From Candidatus Woesearchaeota archaeon (GTDB lineage Archaea; Nanobdellota; Nanobdellia; Woesearchaeales; GW2011-AR4): 62,364 bases of DNA. Under the pieces are notes generated by a model. The model had not been told where the DNA came from. It saw only the letters and a program-made list of their open reading frames with translations, and searched no databases. Where the stretch lies: positions 1 to 62,364 of the forward strand of contig JACPIE010000040.1 in NCBI GenBank assembly GCA_016188245.1. Reading direction: 5' to 3'. Both the position numbers and the translations under genes were made by a program. Of this stretch, positions 1 through 8,852 are shown piece by piece; the first letter of the stretch is position 1, and every line of letters begins with the position of its first letter.

Positions 1-141
1 ATCTTGGCAATCCTGCTTGCCTTATCAAACGTCTTATTTTATTTACTAGTCTTTCTTGCTTTTTCATGGGGAACTTATCCTTCCCCACCCCTCTTTTGCA
101 ATGCAAGAGGGGGTGTTTTACTTAAGACTTTCTACTGAGCC
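1..141 (-). mobile_element. End of an IS element with 5' part of a transposase (ATG at 67, runs off the window)
   Basis: Minus-strand ORF MKKQERLVNKIRRLIRQAGLPR resembles N-termini of IS5-like transposases recalled from DPANN genomes; candidate terminus GGCTCAGTAGAAAG ends at 141; hairpin at about 87-116. Confidence 0.55.
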
Positions 142-186
142 GCGGGTTTCATAAAATTTATATACTTCCTACTCAAAAGTAGGGCT

Positions 187-372
187 ATGGCAATGCTTGA
201 GCTTGAATGCAGAAGCTGCGGATATAAGTTCAAGAGTGCCAAGCATCCTCCAAGATGCCCCTACTGCTCAAAAGACGGCGCAGTCGGACTGAGGAAATCA
301 GCCCAGGACCTGCTGAACGAAACTCTCGGAGAAGCAAGCATCATGGATGAAGAAAGGGAAAGAAGGAACTAA
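187..372 (+). CDS. Small zinc-ribbon protein
   Basis: CRSC...CPYC motifs; TATA-like TTTATATA upstream. Confidence 0.75.
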   Translation: MAMLELECRSCGYKFKSAKHPPRCPYCSKDGAVGLRKSAQDLLNETLGEASIMDEERERRN

Positions 373-427
373 TTCTTAATTTTTTTAATGTTTGCACAGG
401 GCATTCTTTGGATGACAATACTATTCC

Positions 428-1909
428 TTAAGCCTGCTTTTCCTTCTCCTCCTCCTTTTTGCCTTTTATAAAATTCATTATGGGTTTTCTGCCATACCTG
501 AAAGCTACAAGCATGAGCATTATGACAAGTATCATTGGGGCCATCAGGGGATTTTTTGTCAATATTCCGTCTGCGCCGACCAAGCTGCCGCTTATGGAAG
601 ACAAGCTGCTGGCAATCTTCTTGTATGCAGGCCTGTTATCGTGGATTGTAACTTCTGATGCGAGCACGCTTTGATGATCCGGTTTTGAATCTATAATCTC
701 CTGCTGCACAAATTTCATTCTCTCCAAAGTTTCGTTGGAGCTTTCTCCGGATGCCATTCCCTCTTTCAGCGGCGCAAGTATGTTATAAACGCCAAGCGGC
801 ACTTCCTTTGACAAATCAATGTTCAGTATTTTGCTCGGCTCAACGCTGATTTTTTTTGTTATTGGGTATTTCTTAAGCTCGCTTTCAAGGATGAATGTCA
901 GCTCATCTTCAAAAGGCACGTTCCCTATATTTTCTATAAAAACCGTCTCATTTTCGTACTTTATTTTTACTTCCCTTATTGTTGTAATGTTTATGAAAGA
1001 TTGCGCAGACAGATCCTTATAATTGGCCGTCAAAGTATAAAGGCCGGGCTCTGCATACTGGCTGAACTCATAGGTCATCTTTTCACTGCTCTGGGATTTT
1101 TTTCTGAAAATATTGCTTCCTTTTTGATATGCCAGCTCAAGCTCCAAAGACACATTTATGAGGTCATCTGCCTGGTCAAATAATGAAGCGACAATGCCTG
1201 TTTTTTCCCCGGGCAGCAGCTGGCTGCTGTCCAGTTCCAGGCTTATGTAATCAGGAACTGCAGTGACATCAAGCTCTATTGAAGCATCTCCAAAATTGTT
1301 TTTTGAGTCAAAAGAGCTTATTAGAATTTCGTGCTTTCCTGATTTTATTTTTTTTGGCAGCTCAATTTTTTGGGAGAACTGCCCGCTGAGCGCGTCTATT
1401 GAATGTGAGTTATTGTCCAAAGTGACCTTTACAGAAGCTTTCGGAGCATTGTTGCCGAAGGCTTCATTTACGATTCCGGCTACAAGGATTAAATCGCCCG
1501 GAAAAGCCGTAATCCTGCTGTTTACCGGAAGGACTGCCAATTGCCTTGTGACCTGGAAAGCATTGGAGCTTTTTTCCTCTGCTGCAGAGTTGTCGTTTGT
1601 AGCAAGCTGCCCAGAGATAATGCAGTCTCCGAGCATTTGGGAAGATGCCGCAAGCTCAGGAACATTGACTGCAGTCCTGTAGTTTGCCTCTAAATTTACA
1701 GGCGTCAGAAAGTATTCCAGCCTGTAATTGCTGCAGGAAATCACAACCTTAAACAGCCCGTCAAAGCTGCCTGCCTGAAGTATGGAAGCAGACACCTTTA
1801 TCTTATTGCCAAGGTTATAGATGCCCTGGTCTGCTGTTATTGATATGTCTGCAAAAACAGCCGGCACAGCTAAGAAAGATATCAAGAAGAATAAAATCAT
1901 TTTTTTCAT
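428..1909 (-). CDS. Secreted, membrane-anchored beta-rich surface protein
   Basis: Signal peptide, beta-rich body, C-terminal TM helix plus basic tail. Confidence 0.75.
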   Translation of the reverse strand: MKKMILFFLISFLAVPAVFADISITADQGIYNLGNKIKVSASILQAGSFDGLFKVVISCSNYRLEYFLTPVNLEANYRTAVNVPELAASSQMLGDCIISGQLATNDNSAAEEKSSNAFQVTRQLAVLPVNSRITAFPGDLILVAGIVNEAFGNNAPKASVKVTLDNNSHSIDALSGQFSQKIELPKKIKSGKHEILISSFDSKNNFGDASIELDVTAVPDYISLELDSSQLLPGEKTGIVASLFDQADDLINVSLELELAYQKGSNIFRKKSQSSEKMTYEFSQYAEPGLYTLTANYKDLSAQSFINITTIREVKIKYENETVFIENIGNVPFEDELTFILESELKKYPITKKISVEPSKILNIDLSKEVPLGVYNILAPLKEGMASGESSNETLERMKFVQQEIIDSKPDHQSVLASEVTIHDNRPAYKKIASSLSSISGSLVGADGILTKNPLMAPMILVIMLMLVAFRYGRKPIMNFIKGKKEEEKEKQA

Positions 1910-2013
1910 GGACTGAAACTCCCAATGCTTGTTTATATAATTTACTGTTTTTAACTTTATAGTGGTTATCGTTCAAAAGATTTAAAAAGCTGCAGTCCAA
2001 AAAGATTAAATTT

Positions 2014-2421
2014 TCACAATCTCAGCCTTTCATCAATCTCTTTTGCGACTTCTTTTAAGTCATCGCATGCCCTTTTAAGGTCTTTCTCCATTTCATCAAT
2101 AAGGGACTTGAGATTGTCTACTCTTAGGATGTACCTGTTGCCTTCGTGGATGACTATGCCTGATTCCATGAGCTTGTTAATGTGGTGTATGATTGTGCCC
2201 CTGGACAAATCAAGCTTTGCTGCCAAGTCATCGCTTGTCAATGTCTTTTCAGCCTTCGCAGATTTCAAAAGCTCTATAAACACTCTGAAAGTGCTTTTAT
2301 CTTTGTCCCTGAGGTTAAACAGTCCCAAAGAAGTTCCAAACCATTGAAGCTCATGGTTTAGATTGTGCTCAGCCGGCTTTCTTATGTTTACTATCGTGAT
2401 TCTCTGCCTTATAAAAACCAT
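2014..2421 (-). CDS. Winged-helix (ArsR-like) transcription regulator, divergent from the chaperone genes
   Basis: LTSDDLAAKLDLSRGTIIHHINKLMESGIV HTH followed by coiled coil. Confidence 0.8.
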   Translation of the reverse strand: MVFIRQRITIVNIRKPAEHNLNHELQWFGTSLGLFNLRDKDKSTFRVFIELLKSAKAEKTLTSDDLAAKLDLSRGTIIHHINKLMESGIVIHEGNRYILRVDNLKSLIDEMEKDLKRACDDLKEVAKEIDERLRL

Positions 2422-2443
2422 AAACCCTCTTTAAAAGCCCCAA

Positions 2444-2473
2444 TATATAAACTTTTGCCGAAAAGTTTATATA
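2444..2473. promoter_or_regulatory. Back-to-back BRE/TATA promoters forming a perfect palindrome
   Basis: TATATAAACTTTT-GCCG-AAAAGTTTATATA between divergent genes. Confidence 0.65.
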
Positions 2474-2514
2474 CTAGTTGATATTACCAACGTTTCGTTG
2501 ACTTAAGCTCAACA

Positions 2515-2970
2515 ATGAAAGAAAGAGCATATGAGGTGGGAAAAATGATTGGAAGCAATATTTTTGACGAATTTGAAAAGGAAATGGAGATAGGATGCGG
2601 CAGCAGCTGCCTGGCATTGGTTAAACAGCCAGAGCTGGAAATTGTCTCGAGGATTCCTGTTGCAAGGATGCAGGAAACAGAGGGCTCAGTCATATCCACA
2701 TTTGAATTGCCCGGAGTCTCAAAAGAAGACATACAGCTTAATGTTGAAGAAGGAAGAATAGAAGTAAAGGTGGAAAAGAAAGCCGAGAAAGAAATTGAGG
2801 AAAAAGACAAGTATTTTCATGAGATGAGAAGCCGGAGCTTTTACGGCGCTCTTCCGCTGCCTGCTGAAGTCATTGCAGAAAATGCAGACGCAAGCTACAA
2901 GGACGGAATTTTAAGAGTGGAAATCCCGAAAGCAAAGAAGCAGGAAAAGAAAAAGATTGAAATAAAATAA
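2515..2970 (+). CDS. hsp20: Small heat shock protein Hsp20 (true start possibly 2545)
   Basis: ELPGVSKEDI, ASYKDGILRVEIPK, C-terminal IEI; GAGGTG before 2545. Confidence 0.92.
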   Translation: MKERAYEVGKMIGSNIFDEFEKEMEIGCGSSCLALVKQPELEIVSRIPVARMQETEGSVISTFELPGVSKEDIQLNVEEGRIEVKVEKKAEKEIEEKDKYFHEMRSRSFYGALPLPAEVIAENADASYKDGILRVEIPKAKKQEKKKIEIK

Positions 2971-3004
2971 TTTTTTATTTGTTTAAGCTGCAGATGAGTT
3001 AAAA

Positions 3005-3571
3005 ATGGAACAAAGAAAGGAAGATAAAAAGAATTATGCAAAAATTGAAGATTCAAAAAAATCACATGATGAAAATAAAAAAGAGCAAAAAAAACCTGAA
3101 GAAGAAATAAAAGAAAAAAAAACAGACTGCGAAAAACAGCTTGAGGAAAAATCCCAAAAAATCGAGGAGCTTACAGACACACTAAAGCGGCTGCAAGCCG
3201 AGTTTGAGAACTATAAGAAATGGAGCGCAAAGGAAAAAGCAGATTTTTTGAGATATGTCAACGCCGCAATGATTGAAAAATTATTGCCGGTTATCGACAG
3301 CTTCGAGATTGCCCTGAAGAGCACAAATGACAAGGAAAAATTTGCCGAAGGCATGAGAATGATTTACAGCCAGCTTCATTCTGTTCTGGAGGCAGAAGGC
3401 TTAAGGCCGATAAAAGCGGCAGGAGAAAAATTTGACCCTTACAGGCATGAAGTTTTGATGAAAGCTGAAAGCGACAAGCCTGAAGGCACAATCCTGGAAG
3501 AGTTCCAGAAGGGATACATGCTCAATGAAAAAGTGCTGAGGCACAGCAAGGTAAAGATAAGCGGGAAATAA
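3005..3571 (+). CDS. grpE: Nucleotide exchange factor GrpE
   Basis: RLQAEFENYKK, FDPYRHEV, FQKGYMLNEKVLRHSKV. Confidence 0.96.
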   Translation: MEQRKEDKKNYAKIEDSKKSHDENKKEQKKPEEEIKEKKTDCEKQLEEKSQKIEELTDTLKRLQAEFENYKKWSAKEKADFLRYVNAAMIEKLLPVIDSFEIALKSTNDKEKFAEGMRMIYSQLHSVLEAEGLRPIKAAGEKFDPYRHEVLMKAESDKPEGTILEEFQKGYMLNEKVLRHSKVKISGK

Positions 3572-3609
3572 AACATAACAATCAATAAAAATTATTTAAT
3601 AAAAACCAT

Positions 3610-3709
3610 GAGAGCGACTTGTCAAAAATCAAAGATTTTTGAGCATAATCGAAAATGCAGAGCATTTATCGACATTTGAATGCAAAAGTGTTCAAAGTAA
3701 ACCGCTTTT
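3610..3709 (+). repeat. GAGAGCG hairpin repeat, copy 1, interrupted by a TGTC...GACA element
   Basis: Matches 8259-8303 once 3620-3674 is removed. Confidence 0.7.
3620..3674 (+). mobile_element. Two-hairpin TGTC...GACA miniature element, copy A
   Basis: TGTCAAAAATC-aaa-GATTTTTGA GCATAA TCGAAAATGC-aga-GCATTTATCGACA; related copies at 12491, 45645, 59769. Confidence 0.7.
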
Positions 3710-3850
3710 GATTTCATTATTGAAATAAATAAGCGAGGCATTTCGATGTGGCAATCGGAGAAATGCCGAGCAGTAAATATTATCGCGAGGCGATGGATTG
3801 AATAATAAAAATAAATTTAAAACAAAAACAAATCGGAGGAATCAGTTAAA

Positions 3851-5740
3851 ATGGCAAAAGAAAAAATAATAGGAATTGACTTAGGGACATCAAATTCGGC
3901 AGCTTCAGCTTTGCAGGCGGGAAAGCCCACAATAATCCCGAGCGCAGAGGGAACTACAGCTTACGGAAAGGCATTTCCGAGCGTTGTGGCGTTTACAAAA
4001 GACGGGCAGATTCTTGTAGGAGAGCCGGCAAGGAGACAGGCTGTTTCAAATCCAGAAAACACGATAATGGCCGCAAAGAGAAAGATGGGCACCAGTCATA
4101 AGTACAAAATAAGCGGAAAGGAGTACACTCCGCAGCAGATTTCAGCATTCATCCTTCAAAAAATAAAGAAAGACGCAGAGGAATTTTTAGGAGAAAAGAT
4201 AAGCAAAGCTGTAATCACGGTTCCTGCTTATTTTGACGACAACCAAAGGCAGGCAACAAAGGATGCAGGCGAAATTGCAGGCCTGGAAGTTGTGAGAATC
4301 GTAAATGAGCCAACAGCCGCATCGATGGCGTATGGCATTGACAAGCAGGACAAGGAGCTGAAAATCCTGGTTTTTGACCTGGGTGGAGGGACTTTGGATG
4401 TCACGATAATGGAATTTGGAGGAGGTGTCTTCCAGGTTTTATCAACTTCCGGAGACACGCAATTGGGCGGAACTGACATGGACCAGACTTTGATTGATTA
4501 CTTGGCAGGCGAATTCAAGAAAACTGAGGGGATTGACCTGAAAAATGACAAGACAGCAATGCAAAGGCTGAGAGAAGCGGCAGAAAAAGCAAAGATAGAG
4601 CTTTCTACAGTTTTTGAGACTGACATAAACCTTCCTTTCATAACAGCAACAAACGAAGGGCCAAAGCATCTGCAGATTAAGTTTACTAGGGCAAAGCTTG
4701 AGCAGCTTATTGATCCAATAATAAAAAGATGCAAACATCCAATGGAACAGGCAATGAAAGACGCCAAGCTTTCTGCCAGCGGAATCAGCAAGATAATTTT
4801 GGTAGGCGGCCCGACAAGGATGCCAATTGTAAGGAAGTTTGTAGAAGACTTCATAGGCAAGCAGGCTGAAAGGGGAGTTGACCCGATGGAGTGTGTTGCG
4901 ATGGGCGCTGCTGTGCAGGCAGGAGTGCTTGCAGGCGAAGTGAAAGACATCTTGCTGCTTGATGTAACGCCATTAAGCCTCGGAATAGAAACACTTGGGG
5001 GAGTTTTTACAAAATTAATCGAGAGAAACACCACAATACCCACAAAAAAACAGCAGGTATTCAGCACAGCCGCTGACAGCCAGACTGCCGTCACAATAAG
5101 AGTAGGCCAAGGCGAAAGGCCGATGTTTGGCGACAATAAAGTACTTGGCCAGTTTGACTTGATTGGAATTCCGCCTGCACCGAGAGGTATTCCCCAGATT
5201 GAGGTTGCGTTTGACATTGATGCAAACGGAATACTTCATGTAAGCGCAAAAGATTTGGGAACCGGAAAAGAGCAGAGCATAAGGATTACAGCATCGCAAA
5301 AGCTAAGCGATGACGAGATTGAAAGAATGAAGAAGCAGGCTGAGGAGTTTGCAGATGTCGACAGGAAAAAGAAGGACGAGATTGAAGCAATCAACCAGGC
5401 TGACAATTTAGTATACACGACTGAAAAGCTGTTCAAGGACTTTGAAGGGAAAGTTTCAGGCAAGGAGCTTGAAGAGGTCAAAGGCAGGATTCTTGAGCTG
5501 AAGGAATTATTGAAGCCCGCTGAAAAAGATGTTGACGCACTAAAGAAAAAGATGGACGAGATAAATGAAATAGTACAGAAAATGTCAACAGAGCTTTACC
5601 AGAAGGCAGGCCAGCAGTACCAGCAGCAGCACGGAGAGCAGGGGCAGCCAGATGAAGGAACAGAAGGGCAAAAATCAAATGGTGAGAATGTAGTTGATGC
5701 TGACTATGAAGTTAAGGATGAAGGGAAGAAAAAGAAATAA
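3851..5740 (+). CDS. dnaK: Chaperone DnaK
   Basis: [32 protein letters not shown]. Confidence 0.99.
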   Translation: MAKEKIIGIDLGTSNSAASALQAGKPTIIPSAEGTTAYGKAFPSVVAFTKDGQILVGEPARRQAVSNPENTIMAAKRKMGTSHKYKISGKEYTPQQISAFILQKIKKDAEEFLGEKISKAVITVPAYFDDNQRQATKDAGEIAGLEVVRIVNEPTAASMAYGIDKQDKELKILVFDLGGGTLDVTIMEFGGGVFQVLSTSGDTQLGGTDMDQTLIDYLAGEFKKTEGIDLKNDKTAMQRLREAAEKAKIELSTVFETDINLPFITATNEGPKHLQIKFTRAKLEQLIDPIIKRCKHPMEQAMKDAKLSASGISKIILVGGPTRMPIVRKFVEDFIGKQAERGVDPMECVAMGAAVQAGVLAGEVKDILLLDVTPLSLGIETLGGVFTKLIERNTTIPTKKQQVFSTAADSQTAVTIRVGQGERPMFGDNKVLGQFDLIGIPPAPRGIPQIEVAFDIDANGILHVSAKDLGTGKEQSIRITASQKLSDDEIERMKKQAEEFADVDRKKKDEIEAINQADNLVYTTEKLFKDFEGKVSGKELEEVKGRILELKELLKPAEKDVDALKKKMDEINEIVQKMSTELYQKAGQQYQQQHGEQGQPDEGTEGQKSNGENVVDADYEVKDEGKKKK

Positions 5741-5743
5741 AAT

Positions 5744-6598
5744 ATGAAAAATAAATTTTTATTATTTTTATTCGGAATTTTATTTTTATTGTCAATGGAC
5801 TATTCTAAAGCAGACTCTATACATCACAAGACTGGAAATTTTCAAATTTTATCCTGGAGCGAAAGAAATGATATTGATAATTTAGATATGCATGTTGATT
5901 TGACCTTAGTATTACATGTTATAAAGGATTCTGAAAATAGAGGAAATTTGAGTTTTATATTCAATACTGGTGAGTTTACAAGTTCTAATAAGGCTAAATT
6001 TACAAAAAATTTGATTGTATCATTATCGTGTGAGGGTTGTAATGAAACTATGCCAGTCTATACGACTGCTCTTGGCATTGGTGATTATAGAATAGACATT
6101 CCGAGAGAAAAATTAAAATGGGATAGCTTTCACGAATATGGAATTTCTCATTTAAAAATATCTTATGTTATAAAAAATTACATATCAAAAGAATATGCTC
6201 TAGGATTCATCCCAATAGGCCCAGATAAAACGGTAGTTATAGGTAGTGGGTGTACTGGCAGTAATTTTTGCCCACCATCTAGAAATTTATATAAGGATGT
6301 GATATTACCAGAAAATGCACTTTTGAAAGGTTATACGGATAGTGGAGAAACTTTACATACATCAGCAAAAATAAATAGGATAGGTGTGTTCTGGAATGAT
6401 TTTACAATTCCGAATAATAAGAACGGTTATAAAGAGATTATAGTACAATATATTGATTTAAATCAAGAAAAAAATTCTTTCTTTCTAACTTTAATTACAA
6501 GTGCGTTTATAGGTGCCGTTATAGGTGCTATTATTTCGATTATTTTAGAAAAAAATTATAAAAAGATGATAAATAGTCTAAAAAGGAAAAGAAAATGA
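5744..6598 (+). CDS. Hypothetical secreted/membrane protein, AT-rich
   Basis: Signal peptide and C-terminal TM helix; composition differs from flanks. Confidence 0.7.
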   Translation: MKNKFLLFLFGILFLLSMDYSKADSIHHKTGNFQILSWSERNDIDNLDMHVDLTLVLHVIKDSENRGNLSFIFNTGEFTSSNKAKFTKNLIVSLSCEGCNETMPVYTTALGIGDYRIDIPREKLKWDSFHEYGISHLKISYVIKNYISKEYALGFIPIGPDKTVVIGSGCTGSNFCPPSRNLYKDVILPENALLKGYTDSGETLHTSAKINRIGVFWNDFTIPNNKNGYKEIIVQYIDLNQEKNSFFLTLITSAFIGAVIGAIISIILEKNYKKMINSLKRKRK

Positions 6599-6690
6599 TG
6601 ATCCCCACCAAGGAAGAATACCTGAAAATACTGAAATACAATAAAATCCAATCAAAAATCTTACCCCTACTTTTCATGAAAAATAGATAA
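6595..6690 (+). pseudogene. Duplicated 5' fragment of the downstream HD-domain gene
   Basis: MMIPTKEEYLKILKYN versus MKIPTKEECLRILKEN at 7621. Confidence 0.7.
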
Positions 6691-6721
6691 ATTTATAAAA
6701 AAGTAGGTATAAGCTTACATT

Positions 6722-7624
6722 ATGGCAAACGTAAAGAAGAGAAGAATAGGCAGGCAGGAATATTATTATGCCGAGCACAGCTTTAAGGCAGATGGAAAAG
6801 TAAAAGTTTTGAGCAGATACCTCGGCAAAGTTATTCCCAAGAATATAGAAAAAATCAAGGAAGAAATAGAGCGCAAAGCAGTGATGCTGGCAATTTCCAA
6901 CAAACTGAAAAATATAAAATTGAATTACCAAAAGGAGCAGAAATCACTTCCAGCTAACGAAAAGGAAAAGATAGTTGAGGATTTCCTTGTGCATTTCATT
7001 TACGATTCAAGCAAGATTGAGGGAAGCAGCTTATCGTTTAATGACACAAAAGGGCTGTTCCTCCATAATATAACTCCTAAAAACAAGCCCATAAAAGACG
7101 TAAAAGAAGCAGAAGGCTACAGGCAGGCATTTCACTCAATGCTCGGCTTCAAAGGCAAATTAAGCCTTAAAATAATAAAAAAGTGGCACGAGATGATGTT
7201 CAAAAGCACTGTGGATTACATTGCAGGCAAAATCAGAATTCATAAGATTATTGTTACCGGAAGCAGAACTGTTTTTCCAACTCCGGAAGATGTTCCAAAA
7301 TTGCTCAGGGATTTTTTCATCTGGTATAAAAAAGAAGAAAAAAAGCTTAATCCTGTGGAGTTTGCTGCGCTGGCGCATTTAAAATTTGTGTCAATACATC
7401 CATTTTCCGACGGTAATGGGAGGATAAGCAGGCTTCTGGCAAATTACGTTCTTAAGAGCAACGGTTATCCAATGATTAATATAAAATTTGGAGACAGGAT
7501 GGCTTACTACAAAAGTCTTGAAGCAAGCCAGATAAATGGCAAGTCCAATTACTTTGCAAAATATTTTTTGAGGAGATACCTGAACGCAAATAAAAACAGG
7601 CAAAAATTGAAACCCAAAAAATGA
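6722..7624 (+). CDS. Fic domain protein
   Basis: HPFSDGNGRISR catalytic motif; SSKIEG inhibitory-type motif. Confidence 0.93.
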   Translation: MANVKKRRIGRQEYYYAEHSFKADGKVKVLSRYLGKVIPKNIEKIKEEIERKAVMLAISNKLKNIKLNYQKEQKSLPANEKEKIVEDFLVHFIYDSSKIEGSSLSFNDTKGLFLHNITPKNKPIKDVKEAEGYRQAFHSMLGFKGKLSLKIIKKWHEMMFKSTVDYIAGKIRIHKIIVTGSRTVFPTPEDVPKLLRDFFIWYKKEEKKLNPVEFAALAHLKFVSIHPFSDGNGRISRLLANYVLKSNGYPMINIKFGDRMAYYKSLEASQINGKSNYFAKYFLRRYLNANKNRQKLKPKK

Positions 7625-8199
7625 AAATCCCAACCAAGGAAGAATGCCTGAGGATTTTGAAAGAGAACAATGTTCCCGGCAATATCATTGCACATCTAAA
7701 TGCAGTTCATGATTTCTCCATGAAAGTTGCTGATATTCTTGAAAAAAGAGGCATCATTGTAAACCGAGATTTGGTTTCAGCAGGCGCCCTCCTGCATGAT
7801 GTCAAAAAGCTAAGCCCAAATGACCACGTTCTTGAAGGGTATGAATATGTAAAATCTCTTGGATATCCTGAAGTTGCCATGGTGATAAAAAAGCACGGCC
7901 TTGCGCACCTTGATGATGAAGGTTTCGTGCCAGGGACCTGGGAAGAGAAGATTGTCTTTTACGCTGACAAAAGGGTTAAAGGAGACAAAATTGTCAGCGT
8001 TGATGAAAGGTTCGAGTACATAAAACAAAGATATTTTCAACCCACGAAAGATTTAAATTTGAGTGGGTTGAAAAGCTTGCAAACTGCAACTAATTCAAGT
8101 GATTCTTGCAGTTTGCAATATAAAAAAGAGGATGTTGAAAATGAGATTGATTTCACAAAAAAGATAGAAAAAGAGCTGCTTGGAGATGAAAAGTTATAG
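7621..8199 (+). CDS. HD domain phosphohydrolase with an apparent 29-aa palindrome-encoded insert
   Basis: H...ALLHDV...HG...YADKR motifs. Confidence 0.9.
   Translation: MKIPTKEECLRILKENNVPGNIIAHLNAVHDFSMKVADILEKRGIIVNRDLVSAGALLHDVKKLSPNDHVLEGYEYVKSLGYPEVAMVIKKHGLAHLDDEGFVPGTWEEKIVFYADKRVKGDKIVSVDERFEYIKQRYFQPTKDLNLSGLKSLQTATNSSDSCSLQYKKEDVENEIDFTKKIEKELLGDEKL
8031..8121. repeat. 87-bp two-hairpin element in frame in the HD gene
   Basis: TTTTCAACCCAC/GTGGGTTGAAAA and TTGCAAACTGCAA/TTGCAGTTTGCAA stems; ATAT at 8031 and 8118. Confidence 0.75.
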
Positions 8200-8258
8200 C
8201 TTTAAATAATACTCAATAAAAATTCAAATATTAATCAATTTCAAAATCAAACAAAAAC

Positions 8259-8303
8259 GAGAGCGACTTTTAAATGAAGGCATGATAAAAGTGAACCGCT
8301 TTT
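8259..8303 (+). repeat. GAGAGCG hairpin repeat, copy 2 (uninterrupted)
   Basis: GAGAGCGACTTTT...AAAGTGAACCGCTTTT. Confidence 0.7.
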
Positions 8304-8323
8304 AATGCTTTTGACAAAAAAGA

Positions 8324-8851
8324 GTGATAAAAATAATAACCAAAAACACTCCCTTGAAAGAAGTTTTGGAGCTGGCTGCCCCGTGCAGGTGCAATTCATG
8401 CAATCATGGGTGCAAATTCGGCTCGGGCTCGCTTGCAGGAGACGATGCAAAGAACATAGCAAATTTTTTGGGCGTTTCAGAGGAAGACTTAAAAAAAGGG
8501 TTTTTGGAGGAGACTGAGCTGTTCAACAAAAAATTGCTGCGCCCGAAGCTGATAAGGGAGAAGGGCAAGCCATATGGGAGGTGCGTGTTTTTTGACGATG
8601 AAAAAGGCTGCACGATTCATGAGGTAAAGCCGCTGGAATGCAAAACCTCCATCCAGTGCAAGGATTATGGCGAAGAATTAAGCGTGTGGTTCATGGCCAA
8701 CCATGTTGTTGATACAAATGATGCTGAAAGCATAAGGCAGTACGCCCAATACATCAAAAGCGGCGGAAAGCTGATTGAAGGCGCAGGAATAGGGCAGCTT
8801 GTGCCTGACAGGGAAAAATTAAGGAAAATGCTGGAGTATGGGATTTTATAA
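8324..8851 (+). CDS. YkgJ-like cysteine cluster protein
   Basis: CRCNSCNHGC...CVFFD...CTIHEVKPLEC. Confidence 0.85.
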   Translation: MIKIITKNTPLKEVLELAAPCRCNSCNHGCKFGSGSLAGDDAKNIANFLGVSEEDLKKGFLEETELFNKKLLRPKLIREKGKPYGRCVFFDDEKGCTIHEVKPLECKTSIQCKDYGEELSVWFMANHVVDTNDAESIRQYAQYIKSGGKLIEGAGIGQLVPDREKLRKMLEYGIL

Positions 8852-8852
8852 A

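Noticed and set aside
3851-5740. Genome-wide TTG-to-Ser reassignment
   Set aside because: TTG encodes conserved Leu in DnaK (GDTQLGG, ILLLDV)
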